Origin: Clostridiales bacterium | GTDB taxonomy: Bacteria > Bacillota > Clostridia > Oscillospirales > Oscillospiraceae | Direction of reading: 5' to 3' | NCBI GenBank assembly: GCA_029265405.1 | Contig: JAJUJI010000009.1 | Span: forward strand, 1 to 64,000 | DNA length: 64,000 nt | Part shown: in pieces, positions 54,994 through 64,000 of the stretch | How the letters are laid out: each line of letters opens with the position of its first letter | Position numbering within the stretch: position 1 is the first letter of the stretch | Position numbers and translations under genes: made by a program | Notes under the pieces: generated by a model | The model's input: only the letters and a program-made list of their open reading frames with translations | Database searches by the model: none | Told to the model about the DNA's origin: nothing

Positions 54994-56784
54994 TTATACA
55001 ACCTTTCTTATCGCGTCAAATTTGCATTGCTGCATGCACAGGCCGCAGCCGGTGCAGCTTGCCGGGTCGGCTATCCTCGCCTTCTTGCCCTCGAAGGCCA
55101 TCGCGGGGCAGGCTATCTTTACGCAGGCCTTGCAGCCCCGGCACTTGCCGGCGTCTATCTCGCAATGGAGCGAGCCTCTGGCCTTGACGACTTCCTTTAA
55201 GAGCGCGCAGGGGCTCTTTGCGACTATAACCGCCGTGCCTTTTATTTCCAGAGCTCTTTCAATGGCCGCCTTCATGGCCTTCTGGTCTATCGGATCAACG
55301 ATAAATATGCTTTCACCGGAAAGGCCCGTAGACTTTATCATTTCGACTATGTCCATCTTCGGAACCTCGCAGCCCATCAGGCTCAGCTCCGTGCCCGCGT
55401 TCTGCTGGTGGCCCGTCATAGCCGTTATGCTGTTGTCAAGCACGCAGAGGCAGACGTTTGCCTTGTTGTGCACGGCGTCCACAAGGCTGTTGAAGCCCGA
55501 ATGGAAAAACGTCGAGTCTCCGAGTATGCCGAAGACCTTCCGGCCGTCCCCCTGCGCCTCAAGCGCCTTGGCAAGACCTATAGGTATTGAGAACCCGGAG
55601 CCCATGCACACGGCTATGTCAAAGCCGTAATAAGGCGCGTTTATCCCCAGCGAATAGCAGCCTATGTCGCCCACGGCCACCAGCCTGTCCTTGTACCCCA
55701 TCATCGCATAGTAAAAGCCTCTGTGCGGGCAGCCGGCGCAGAGGACAGGCGGACGCGGCGGAACCGCCATAGCGCTCGAATACGTTTCGGGCTTTTCGCC
55801 AAGCCCAAAGGCCTTTCTTATGCGCTGAGCGTCAAGCTCACCCTGCGGGGTGGTATATTCCTTGCCCAGGCAGTCGAAGCCCAGCGCTCTTACAGCGGTT
55901 TCAAGATAGGGCTCCCCTTCCTCGACGACATATATTTTATCGACCTTTTCGCAAAATTCCCTAAGCAATCTGTCTGAAAGCGGATACGTGATGCCAAGCT
56001 TCAGATAGGAAGCTCTTTCTCCGAAGGCCTCCCTTGCGTGCATGTAGCACATTCCCGAGCTTATGACGCCCACCGCCGTATCGTTCAGCTCCACCCTGTT
56101 GAGCGGAGAGGAGTAGGAGTATTCCTTCAGCCTTTCAAGACTGGCTTCCACGGCCACATGCCTGCGCCTCGCGTTTACCGGAAGCATGGCGTACTTGGCG
56201 GCGTTTGATTCGTATTTTTTTGCCTCCGGCTCTTTCCTATCTCCGGTCATGACAAGGCTCTTTGAGTGGCAGACCCGAGTCGTCATGCGCAGGAGCATGA
56301 TAAGGTCGAACCTCTCGCTCAGCTCGAAGGCGGCTTTGGTAAAATCCAGGCACTCCTGCGAATCCGAAGGCTCCAGCATGCCCAGCTTGGCATGCGGCGC
56401 GTAAAGCCTGTTGTCCTGCTCGTTTTGCGAGCTGTAGCAGCCTGGATCGTCGGCGCTGACTAGCACCAGGCCGCCGTTTACGCCCGTATAGGCTGCGGAA
56501 AAAATAGGGTCAGCCGCCGCGTTCATGCCCACATGCTTCATTGCGGCAAGCGCCCGGCAGCCGCCTATGGAGGCGCCCAGGGCTATCTCAACGGCTATTT
56601 TTTCGTTGTTTGCCCAGGTGCAGTATATATCGTCCTTGTAAAGCGATATGTTTTCGAGTATCTCGGTGCTGGGCGTTCCCGGATAGGCGGAAGCGACCTT
56701 TGCTCCCGCTTCGTACGCCCCGCGCGCGACGGCCTCGTCGCCGCTCATAATTGCTTTTGCCAAGTTGTCCTCCCCGCCGAGCAT
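54994..56784 (-). CDS. iorA: Indolepyruvate:ferredoxin oxidoreductase subunit alpha
   Basis: TPP-binding domains plus two C-terminal 4Fe-4S motifs (CRGCKACV...CTGCGLCMQQC). Confidence 0.85.
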   Translation of the reverse strand: MLGGEDNLAKAIMSGDEAVARGAYEAGAKVASAYPGTPSTEILENISLYKDDIYCTWANNEKIAVEIALGASIGGCRALAAMKHVGMNAAADPIFSAAYTGVNGGLVLVSADDPGCYSSQNEQDNRLYAPHAKLGMLEPSDSQECLDFTKAAFELSERFDLIMLLRMTTRVCHSKSLVMTGDRKEPEAKKYESNAAKYAMLPVNARRRHVAVEASLERLKEYSYSSPLNRVELNDTAVGVISSGMCYMHAREAFGERASYLKLGITYPLSDRLLREFCEKVDKIYVVEEGEPYLETAVRALGFDCLGKEYTTPQGELDAQRIRKAFGLGEKPETYSSAMAVPPRPPVLCAGCPHRGFYYAMMGYKDRLVAVGDIGCYSLGINAPYYGFDIAVCMGSGFSIPIGLAKALEAQGDGRKVFGILGDSTFFHSGFNSLVDAVHNKANVCLCVLDNSITAMTGHQQNAGTELSLMGCEVPKMDIVEMIKSTGLSGESIFIVDPIDQKAMKAAIERALEIKGTAVIVAKSPCALLKEVVKARGSLHCEIDAGKCRGCKACVKIACPAMAFEGKKARIADPASCTGCGLCMQQCKFDAIRKVV

Positions 56785-56803
56785 TTCGGCATTTTGTTTT
56801 TAT

Positions 56804-57274
56804 TTAAAAATCAGGGTCGCAGCTTTCGTCCTCGTAGCCCATGAACTTGCTCAGAAGCGCAATGAGCTGCTCCTTTTCCTCCTGTGTCAAAACGGACAGG
56901 AATTCAGCGGCGAAGTCCGGCCTGTCAGAGAGCAGCTCGGCAGCCCTTTCCCTGCCCTGAGGCGTCAAATACACATTGAATATCCTCTTGTCCATATCGT
57001 TTTGCTTTCTTTCCACAAGTCCGCCGGCCTCAAGCTTGCTGAGGGTTTCGCTGACGGACTGGGGCCTCAGCTTCAGCAGGGTGGTCATGTCCCGCTGGCT
57101 TATGCCGTTTGATTCAAGCAGCATGACCAATATGCGGTTTTGGGCGCTGGGATTGCCGCCGCCCTTTGCCGGATCCCCCCCGTGCAGCTTGGGTCCGCGG
57201 CGCAAAATAGCAAACATCCTGAAAATCAGTTCCATCAAGGTTTCGTTTATATTGTCGGGACTGTCCATACCCAA
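56804..57274 (-). CDS. MarR-family transcriptional regulator
   Basis: Winged-helix region (ISQRDMTTLLKLRPQSVSETLSKLEAGGLVER). Confidence 0.8.
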   Translation of the reverse strand: MGMDSPDNINETLMELIFRMFAILRRGPKLHGGDPAKGGGNPSAQNRILVMLLESNGISQRDMTTLLKLRPQSVSETLSKLEAGGLVERKQNDMDKRIFNVYLTPQGRERAAELLSDRPDFAAEFLSVLTQEEKEQLIALLSKFMGYEDESCDPDF

Positions 57275-57309
57275 ATCTCCCCTTATCCGCTCCGCCGCAA
57301 GAGCATTTG

Positions 57310-57370
57310 TAAGGTACTTGAGCGTATTATAGCACGCAATACTAATATGTCAATATGTTCAAGTACCTTA
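57310..57370. promoter_or_regulatory. Perfect 12-bp inverted repeat TAAGGTACTTGA...TCAAGTACCTTA (37-nt spacer) in the MarR upstream region; putative operator
   Basis: Read directly from the sequence. Confidence 0.45.
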
Positions 57371-57423
57371 TTTTTTAAGTTTTACACAATTTATTTTATA
57401 ATTATTGTCCATAATATGCATAA

Positions 57424-57452
57424 CGCTCCGGAGCCGAGCCCCGGAGCGTTTT
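57424..57452 (+). terminator. Plus-strand terminator-like hairpin with no annotated plus-strand gene upstream
   Basis: CGCTCCGG-loop-CCGGAGCG followed by TTTT. Confidence 0.35.
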
Positions 57453-57491
57453 ATGTTCGATATGGCGGGAAATTTCATCTCCATAAAGAGG

Positions 57492-57848
57492 TCAATTCAT
57501 GATATCTTCAACTATATCCATAAAATGAACGGCCTCAGCCCCGCCCTTATTTAACATTTCAGCAATTATTTCCACATATTCCTTGTCTTCGGAAATGTCC
57601 TCCAGCCGGACGGCTGCCGTCCCGTCCGGGCATAAGCCTTCTATGCCATAGCCCGTATACCGGCCTATGTACCGCGAATACGCTTCCGACGAAAACACCC
57701 TGTATCGTAGCATTATGCAGCCTCCATGTTTAATGATAATCCATGCTAACACGCCCTTTTCGGCCGCTTCAAGTCCAATCGCTCGACGCCGTTCGACAGA
57801 AAAACACAGACGCACACAATGAGGCGCGTCTGTGTTTTTTATTATCAA
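57492..57848 (-). CDS. Small hypothetical protein (likely about 73 aa, from MLRYRV at about 57713)
   Basis: ORF-track entry. The terminator at 57798-57840 lies within the long ORF version, so the short start is preferred. Confidence 0.4.
   Translation of the reverse strand: MIIKNTDAPHCVRLCFSVERRRAIGLEAAEKGVLAWIIIKHGGCIMLRYRVFSSEAYSRYIGRYTGYGIEGLCPDGTAAVRLEDISEDKEYVEIIAEMLNKGGAEAVHFMDIVEDIMN
57798..57840. terminator. Strong bidirectional intrinsic terminator
   Basis: ACACAGACGC-loop-GCGTCTGTGT, flanked by an A-run and T6. Confidence 0.75.
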
Positions 57849-57873
57849 TATATTGCGATTTTTATTGATCTAA

Positions 57874-58302
57874 TTAAAAATATTTTTTTATGTTTTCGGT
57901 TGCGGTTTCTATGGGCGCGCTGAGCGTCAGGGTGAAATTAACTCTTTCCTTCACGCTGAAGGAGTCCAGCCAGGCGAGAATCATCTCCGCAGCTTCTATG
58001 GACTTGTCCGCAAAAATTTTATAAAGGTTGTCTATAAATATGTGCGAAATGTCATAATTACCGGCATGTATGGCGCTGATAAAGCCTTTAAAAAATTCTG
58101 CGGATCCGAAATCGTAATCGGCGGCAACGATCAATCTCGCTTTATACGGGATATCATAGGTAAGCGAGCGTTCCTTTTCGATAACCACGACGTCGCCGGT
58201 TTCTTCGTCGATAGCCTTCTTCACCAGGTCGATCAGCAGCTTGGTTTTACCCGAGCCTTTCACACCCATAATTACTTTTACCATGCCAATCTCCTTTAAC
58301 AA
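57874..58302 (-). CDS. Small P-loop NTPase domain protein (about 135 aa)
   Basis: Walker A GVKGSGKT. Likely start MVKVIMG (about 58284). Family not recognised. Confidence 0.55.
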   Translation of the reverse strand: MLKEIGMVKVIMGVKGSGKTKLLIDLVKKAIDEETGDVVVIEKERSLTYDIPYKARLIVAADYDFGSAEFFKGFISAIHAGNYDISHIFIDNLYKIFADKSIEAAEMILAWLDSFSVKERVNFTLTLSAPIETATENIKKYF

Positions 58303-58351
58303 TATAGTTTTTTCATTTTACCTCAAAACCGGCGGCCAGTCAAGGATTTGC

Positions 58352-59635
58352 TCAGAAGCCCGGCTTTCCCAGCAGCCTGAACATATTGCGCTTATAGGCC
58401 TCTACGCCCGGCTGGTCAAAGGGATCCACTCCGGATGCGTAGGCGGAAAGAGCGCAGGACATTTCAAAAAAATAGAGCAGCGCGCCCAGGCTTTCGGCAT
58501 TCAATTCTCCCATTGACAGCTCTATTACCGGCACTCCGCCCGACATGTGGGCTTCCTTCGTCGCTTCAAGCGCGGTGCGGTTGACGCGGTCTATTGACAT
58601 GCCCGCCAGGTAATTAAGGCCGTCCGCGTCCCGCGGGTCGAACGGCACTCTTAAAGCCGAAGCAGGCTCGGCCCAAAGGAAGGTTTCAAAAAGCAGCCGC
58701 TCCCCCTCCTGCACATACTGGCCGAGCGAGTGCAGGTCTGCCGTCAGCTCGAGCGAGGCGGGGAATATGCCCTTTCCCTCCTTGCCCTCGCTTTCTCCGA
58801 AAAGCTGCTTCCACCATTCGCCGAGGAAACGGAATTCCGGCTCCCATAGGCCTAAAAGCTCGATTTTTCTCCCCCTTCCCCCGTCATATAGCGCCTGGCG
58901 CGCCGCGGCGTAGAGCCAGGCCGGATTGTCCATACCCCCGACTGACAGCGCAGCCTCCGCCTCCGCCGCGCCCTTGAGCAGCGCGTTAATGTCGACTCCC
59001 GCGGCCGCTATAGGCAGCAGGCCCACAGGCGTAAGGACGGAATACCTGCCCCCCACATCCGGCGGAATGACAAAACGCTCGCAGCCCAGCTCGCTTGACA
59101 GCCTGAGCAGCGCGCCCCTCTCGGCGTCGGTGGTGGCGTAGACCCTGCCTGCGGCCGCTGCGCCGTATTTTTCTTCAAGCAGTCCTTTAAAAATGCGGAA
59201 AGCCACGGCGGGCTCCGTCGTGGTTCCGGATTTTGATATAACGTTTATGGAGAAGTCCTTGTCTTTGAGATAATCGAGCAGCCTAGACGCCCTCGCGCCC
59301 GACAGGCCGTTGCCGGCGTATATGAGTTCCGGCTTAGGCTTGTCAAAGCCGGGCGCCAGCAAATCCGTCGCCGCCTTGGCGCCGAGATATGAGCCGCCTA
59401 TTCCTATTACAAGCAGGACGTCGCTGTCCTCCCGGATTTTCGCCGCGGCGTCTTGAAGCCTTTTCAGCTCGGCAGCGCCGGCCCGGCTCGGCAAATGCAG
59501 CCAGCCGGTAAATTCTCCTCCCGCCTCAAGGCGCTTATGGGCGGCTTCCAGCTTTTTCTCAAGCTCCGAGTCCGGCCCGGCCCCCGGAAGAAAGGGCAGG
59601 ACCCCGGATATATCTGTCTTTATCATCGGCAACAC
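58352..59635 (-). CDS. pgi: Glucose-6-phosphate isomerase
   Basis: 427 aa, PGI family motifs. Confidence 0.85.
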   Translation of the reverse strand: MLPMIKTDISGVLPFLPGAGPDSELEKKLEAAHKRLEAGGEFTGWLHLPSRAGAAELKRLQDAAAKIREDSDVLLVIGIGGSYLGAKAATDLLAPGFDKPKPELIYAGNGLSGARASRLLDYLKDKDFSINVISKSGTTTEPAVAFRIFKGLLEEKYGAAAAGRVYATTDAERGALLRLSSELGCERFVIPPDVGGRYSVLTPVGLLPIAAAGVDINALLKGAAEAEAALSVGGMDNPAWLYAAARQALYDGGRGRKIELLGLWEPEFRFLGEWWKQLFGESEGKEGKGIFPASLELTADLHSLGQYVQEGERLLFETFLWAEPASALRVPFDPRDADGLNYLAGMSIDRVNRTALEATKEAHMSGGVPVIELSMGELNAESLGALLYFFEMSCALSAYASGVDPFDQPGVEAYKRNMFRLLGKPGF

Positions 59636-59668
59636 TCCACAAGCTTTGCTTTCAAGTACCAGTTTAAC

Positions 59669-60907
59669 TTATTGCGCCTTTCCTGTAAACAGCAACCTCA
59701 GATATTTCAAAAAAACCCTGCCCAGGCCCAGCCTGCCGACAGGCTCGGGCGCGACCACGGGCACCTCGGCAAGCTTTTGGCCGGACGACGAATAGATCGC
59801 GAGCTTGCCCAGCGTTTGCCCCTTGGCCACGGGAGCCTGGACGACGGGAATAAGCTCAAGCTCTCGCTTGAGCCCGGCCGCCTCGCTTTTCTTCAGCAGC
59901 AGCTTCCTAGTATCCCCCAGAACGGGCTGCATATACCTTACCTCTCCCAGCCTGACCTCGACGGGCGGTATGGCCTCTTCCGGGACGGCGCTTATTAAGG
60001 TATAGTTAGCAAAAGCGTGGTTGAGCAGGAGCTTTGCGCATTCAAAGCGGATGTCGGAGGTTTCGGCATGCATCACTACGGCTATATACTCCACACCGTC
60101 CCGCTCAGCCGAAGCGGAGAGGCAGTACCTTGCGGCCTCGGTAAAGCCTGTCTTGAGGCCGGTTGCGCCCTTGTAAAAGCGTACAAGCTTATTGGTGTTG
60201 GTTATCCCGAATTCACCGTGCCTGACAGTATCCATCCATATCGTCGTATAGTCCTTAATAAACCGGTGCTTGAGAAGCTCTCTCGACATCAGGGCTATGT
60301 CGTAGGCCGAGGTAAGATGCTCCCCCTCGTCCGGCAGTCCGGAGCAGTTGGAAAATACCGTGTCGTTCATCCCCAGCTCCTTTGCCCTGGCGTTCATCAT
60401 GTCCGCAAACGAGCTCTCGCTGCCGGCCACATGCTCGGCCAGCGCGACCGCGGCGTCGTTTGCGGAAGCAACGGCTACCGCCTTGAGCAGCTCCTCGACC
60501 GTCATCTGCTCCCCCTCCTCCAGATATATCTGAGAGCCGCCCATCTGAGAGGCATAGGCGGAGGCTGTCACGGTGTCAGTCAGCTTAAGCAGCCCAGAGT
60601 CTATCCTCTCGGCAATGAGCAGCATAGTCATTATCTTGGTTACGCTGGCCGGAGGCAGCCTTTCATGCGGGTTATGCTCATAGAGGACCTCGCCCGTTTC
60701 CTCTTCCATAAGCAGGGCCGAAACAACGTTCTTCGACACGTCGTCCACGGAGCCGAGAGCAGACACGGCCTCCCATTCGCTTTCGTCAAAAGCCTCTTCG
60801 GCCGCGTCCTCCTCCGAGGCGGAAGCTGCGCACCATCCCAGCGGCAGCGTCAGCAGCAGCATAAGCGTAAGAATTTTTTTTAACACTATGCCCATCCCCT
60901 TCAACAA
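59669..60907 (-). CDS. D-alanyl-D-alanine carboxypeptidase (peptidase S11, PBP5 family)
   Basis: Signal peptide, SxxK motif ASVTKIM, SGN-like and KTG motifs, C-terminal beta domain. Confidence 0.85.
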   Translation of the reverse strand: MLKGMGIVLKKILTLMLLLTLPLGWCAASASEEDAAEEAFDESEWEAVSALGSVDDVSKNVVSALLMEEETGEVLYEHNPHERLPPASVTKIMTMLLIAERIDSGLLKLTDTVTASAYASQMGGSQIYLEEGEQMTVEELLKAVAVASANDAAVALAEHVAGSESSFADMMNARAKELGMNDTVFSNCSGLPDEGEHLTSAYDIALMSRELLKHRFIKDYTTIWMDTVRHGEFGITNTNKLVRFYKGATGLKTGFTEAARYCLSASAERDGVEYIAVVMHAETSDIRFECAKLLLNHAFANYTLISAVPEEAIPPVEVRLGEVRYMQPVLGDTRKLLLKKSEAAGLKRELELIPVVQAPVAKGQTLGKLAIYSSSGQKLAEVPVVAPEPVGRLGLGRVFLKYLRLLFTGKAQ

Positions 60908-61043
60908 TGGCGGTATTGCGGTATCTGTTTTTATTATTATGTTGCACCGGGTACAGGCATGCTTAATAAATAAAGACCGCTTATTGTTTTACATTGCAAA
61001 ACTAGTTATAATATTATTGAAAAATGCATAATGAGGTTGGCAA

Positions 61044-62246
61044 ATGACGAATCATTACACCGTAGCGGCTCCAGACATTATCCTGCTGAAGCTGGGCGAG
61101 CTGATACTGAAGGGCCTGAACAGGCGTTTCTTTGAGGACAGGCTGAAATCGAACGTAGCGAGAAGGCTTAGGGAATACGGCAGCTTTAAAATATATTCCA
61201 TACAGTCCATAATTTATGTGGAGCCGCAAAACGGCGATTGCGACATGGCCGGCGCCTACGAGGCCTGCAAAAAAATATTCGGGATAATAACCGTCTCGCG
61301 TGCGGCGGCCTGCGAAAAGGACAAGGACGCCATATTGGCCGCTGCGCTGAAATATCTGGGCGGAGAGCTTTCCTCAACCGCCTCCTTCAAGGTTGAATCC
61401 AAGCGCTCCGACAAAAGCTTTCCAATGACGTCCATCCAGCTCTCTCAATATGTGGGCGGCGGGATTCACGACGCCTACCCCGGGCTTAAGGTGGACGTGC
61501 ATAATCCGGAGCTTGTCGTCAATATCGAAGTGCGGGATCTTGCCGCCTATGTCCACGCCGGCGGGGAACCGGGGGCTGGAGGGCTGCCGGCCGGCTCCTG
61601 CGGCGGCGCTGTTTCGTTGCTTTCAGGCGGCATAGACAGCCCCGTTTCCACCTATATGATAGCCAGGAGGGGCGTATCAATAGTTCCGGTGCACTTTTTT
61701 TCCTTTCCCTATACCTCGGAGCAGGCCAAAGAGAAGGTGCTTGAGCTTGCCCGGCTGCTCCAGGACTGGTGCGGAAGGCTGACCGTGCACGTCGTGCCCT
61801 TTACGCGCATCCAGGAGGAGATAAGGGACAAGTGCCCCGAGGACTTTTTTACGCTGATAATGCGCCGCTTCATGATGCGCATTGCGGAAGCGATAGCCCT
61901 TCAAAACGGCTGCAAGGCTCTTGTCACCGGCGAAAACCTCGGCCAGGTGGCAAGCCAGACCATGGAGGCGCTGCATGTAACGGAAAGCTGCGTTTCCCTC
62001 CCTGTTCTGCGTCCCCTGATAGGAATGGACAAAAGCGAAATAATAGACCTGGCCCGCAGGATAGGGACCTTCGACACTTCGGTGCTGCCGTATGAGGATT
62101 GCTGCACCGTTTTTACCCCAAGGCACCCGAAAACCAAGCCGCGCCTTGAGGAAGTCCTTGCCGCGGAAGCGCCTCTCAATGCCGAGGCCTTGATTGAGGA
62201 AGCTTTGGCCAATACGGAGCGCATTAAAATAGCAAGGCGGGGATGA
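61044..62246 (+). CDS. thiI: tRNA 4-thiouridine synthase ThiI (THUMP plus PP-loop)
   Basis: PP-loop LLSGGIDSPVSTYM. 400 aa. Confidence 0.85.
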   Translation: MTNHYTVAAPDIILLKLGELILKGLNRRFFEDRLKSNVARRLREYGSFKIYSIQSIIYVEPQNGDCDMAGAYEACKKIFGIITVSRAAACEKDKDAILAAALKYLGGELSSTASFKVESKRSDKSFPMTSIQLSQYVGGGIHDAYPGLKVDVHNPELVVNIEVRDLAAYVHAGGEPGAGGLPAGSCGGAVSLLSGGIDSPVSTYMIARRGVSIVPVHFFSFPYTSEQAKEKVLELARLLQDWCGRLTVHVVPFTRIQEEIRDKCPEDFFTLIMRRFMMRIAEAIALQNGCKALVTGENLGQVASQTMEALHVTESCVSLPVLRPLIGMDKSEIIDLARRIGTFDTSVLPYEDCCTVFTPRHPKTKPRLEEVLAAEAPLNAEALIEEALANTERIKIARRG

Positions 62247-63508
62247 AAACGATGAACGGGGAATACTGCGCGGAAATAATAGGCGTCGGCACCGAGCTGC
62301 TGCTCGGCAACATAGTCAATACCGACGCGAGGGACATATCGGAGGCCCTGTCGGCGCTGGGCATCAACGTATACTGGCATACCGTTGTCGGCGACAACAG
62401 GGAGCGGCTCAAGGCCGCCGTGGAAATCGCAAAGGCGCGGGCGGACATCATAATAACCACCGGAGGCCTCGGCCCCACCTGCGACGATCTGACAAAGCAG
62501 ACCCTTGCCGAATGCTTCGGCCTGCCCCTTGTTTTTCACGAGGAAGAAGCCGAAAAAATCCGCGCCTATTTCAAAAGCGCGGGCAGCTCCGCAATGCCGG
62601 AAAGCAACCTCAGCCAGGCCCTGCTTCCGGAAGGCTGCACTGTGCTGCGCAACCATAACGGCACAGCTCCCGGCTGCGCGTTCTTCTCCGGAGGAAAGCA
62701 CGTCCTCATGCTTCCGGGCCCTCCGCGCGAACTGAGGGTGATGCTTGAAAGGGAAGCCCTGCCCTACCTCAGGCGCCTTTCCGATTCCGTGATAGTTTCG
62801 CATGACATAAGGCTTTTCGGCATAGGCGAAAGCGCGGCGGAGGAAAGGCTGCGGGATCTTATGCTGTCCATTTCCAACCCGACGCTTGCCCCCTACGCCG
62901 GCACCGGAGAGGTGCGGCTGCGCGTGACCGCAAAGGCAAAAAGCGCCGCCGAGGCCGAGGAGCTTATGTCGCCCCTGATAGAGAAGGTCAAGGCTGTCGT
63001 CGGCGAATATATATACGGCATAGACGTTCCTTCCCTGGAAGCTGCGGCGTTCAATCTGCTTAAAGCAAGGCGTCTTGTCTTTGCCTCCGCAGAGTCCTGC
63101 ACGGGAGGACTTATAGGAAAGCGCATTACCGACATTCCGGGCGCGTCGGAGGTGTTCAAGGGAGGCGTCATAGCGTATTCAAACGAAGTAAAAAGCAAAG
63201 TATTGGGCGTGTCGCCCGATACTCTGGAAAGGTACGGAGCCGTTAGCCGGGAAACGGCTCTGGAAATGGCTGCCGGGGTTCGGAAGCTCGCCGGCGCCGA
63301 TATTGCGCTAAGCTCCACCGGCATATGCGGGCCCGCCTCCGACTCAAGGGGCAGGCCCGTGGGGCTGGGCTTTATAGCGCTTTCCTCCCCCGAGGGCGGC
63401 TTTTGCCGCGAAATACGCATGGGGAGCGACAGGGACAGGGGCCGAACGGTAGCCGCGCACCACGCCTTCGATATGCTGATAAAATATTTGTCGGGAACTT
63501 TAAGGTAA
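62243..63508 (+). CDS. cinA: CinA-family competence/damage-inducible protein (MoCF-binding domain plus NMN deamidase-like domain)
   Basis: N-terminal MogA/MoaB-like domain, C-terminal CinA domain. 4-nt overlap with thiI. Confidence 0.85.
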   Translation: MKTMNGEYCAEIIGVGTELLLGNIVNTDARDISEALSALGINVYWHTVVGDNRERLKAAVEIAKARADIIITTGGLGPTCDDLTKQTLAECFGLPLVFHEEEAEKIRAYFKSAGSSAMPESNLSQALLPEGCTVLRNHNGTAPGCAFFSGGKHVLMLPGPPRELRVMLEREALPYLRRLSDSVIVSHDIRLFGIGESAAEERLRDLMLSISNPTLAPYAGTGEVRLRVTAKAKSAAEAEELMSPLIEKVKAVVGEYIYGIDVPSLEAAAFNLLKARRLVFASAESCTGGLIGKRITDIPGASEVFKGGVIAYSNEVKSKVLGVSPDTLERYGAVSRETALEMAAGVRKLAGADIALSSTGICGPASDSRGRPVGLGFIALSSPEGGFCREIRMGSDRDRGRTVAAHHAFDMLIKYLSGTLR

Positions 63509-63556
63509 ATTATGCGTCTTACAGTCATTAAATCCCATAGGAGGAAGATTGCGAAA

Positions 63557-64000
63557 TGAAAAGGATAATAACTCTGTTTATTTCGGCCGTTTTGTTTCTT
63601 AGCCTCATGGTTCCCGCAGCGGCGGGCGATACGCCGCAGACTGCGGCGGCCCCGGCGGACGGCTCAAATACCGCCGACGAGCGCCTTGCCGAAATCTTGC
63701 TGAAGGTAAAGGAAACTCTGGACATATCCAACGACTATACCGGCTTTTACGGCAATTACACGGAAAGCGAATACGGCGTCCGCTGGCAGCTCAATTGGAG
63801 CAGCGAAAACGAAAATTTGAATGTCCAGGCTGACGAAAACGGCAAGATATACGGCTTGAACCTGTATTCTTACGGCAGCTCCGACTACGGCTATAAGTAT
63901 TACGACGGCCAGGTCTTCAACCCGCATTTTCCGAGAGTCACCAGGGCGGAGGCGGCCGCCGCGGCCGACACATTTTTGAAAAAGGTTATGGATCCCAGCG
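63557..64000 (+). CDS. Secreted hypothetical protein, 3'-truncated by the window end
   Basis: AGGAGGA Shine-Dalgarno, signal peptide MKRIITLFISAVLFLSLMVPAAAG. The ORF is open to the end of the window. Confidence 0.5.

Noticed and set aside
60017-60883. 288-aa plus-strand ORF
   Set aside because: Antisense to the D-Ala-D-Ala carboxypeptidase gene, which has clear SxxK/KTG motifs.
1-64000. Search for tRNA, rRNA, CRISPR arrays, and transposase or integrase genes
   Set aside because: No cloverleaf-like conserved tRNA blocks, rRNA-like stretches, spaced direct-repeat arrays, or transposase/integrase-like ORFs were recognised by eye. Absence is not proven without tRNAscan or Infernal.

Overview
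This 64-kb window looks like a chromosomal segment from a Firmicutes/Clostridia-type anaerobe with roughly 58-60% GC. No rRNA, tRNA, CRISPR array or obvious mobile element was found by eye.

It is densely coded, with about 60 genes. In order they are:
- a MerR/GyrI-like drug-sensing pair;
- a DUF1836-NfeD-flotillin operon;
- mntH;
- AraC next to a GH8 glycosidase and a MATE exporter;
- a five-gene Liv-type branched-chain amino-acid ABC operon behind a consensus sigma-A promoter;
- a YbaK deacylase;
- an orphan DmsB-like Fe-S protein;
- an FtsA-like ATPase with an unusual C-terminal repeat extension.

The largest unit is a minus-strand cobalamin locus running from about 31.7 kb down to 21.1 kb. 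It holds a TIM-barrel isomerase-like gene translationally coupled to cobT-cobU-cobS, a degenerate mini-CobU and cobC. A promoter and a candidate cobalamin riboswitch then precede a DUF4430-LysM protein, an alpha/alpha-toroid prenyltransferase-like protein, a DUF4430 lipoprotein, EcfT, and a single polypeptide that fuses EcfA, EcfA' and an S component. The toroid plus DUF4430 pairing reads as a split, transcobalamin-like B12 capture module.

After that come an MFS transporter, a HelD-like helicase, a URO-D-like methyltransferase and an Mbeg1-like hydrolase. Next are an ABC1 kinase and a phasin-like protein, followed by a four-gene pseudopilin cluster beside a PAS-GAF-PAS-GGDEF-HD-GYP sensor. 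Then comes GpsA fused to a degenerate TagD-like cytidylyltransferase domain, with RluA, TlyA and Fur.

Further on is an unannotated 33-codon Cys-containing small ORF. It has a consensus promoter and Shine-Dalgarno site and is followed by three tandem hairpins abutting a 79-aa XRE regulator. Then come a heterodimeric ABC exporter pair with a Pro/Gly-rich repetitive N-terminus, IorAB with MarR, Pgi, a D-Ala-D-Ala carboxypeptidase, ThiI and CinA.

All coordinates come from the supplied ORF track plus manual reading. Function calls rest on recalled family motifs, not on database searches.
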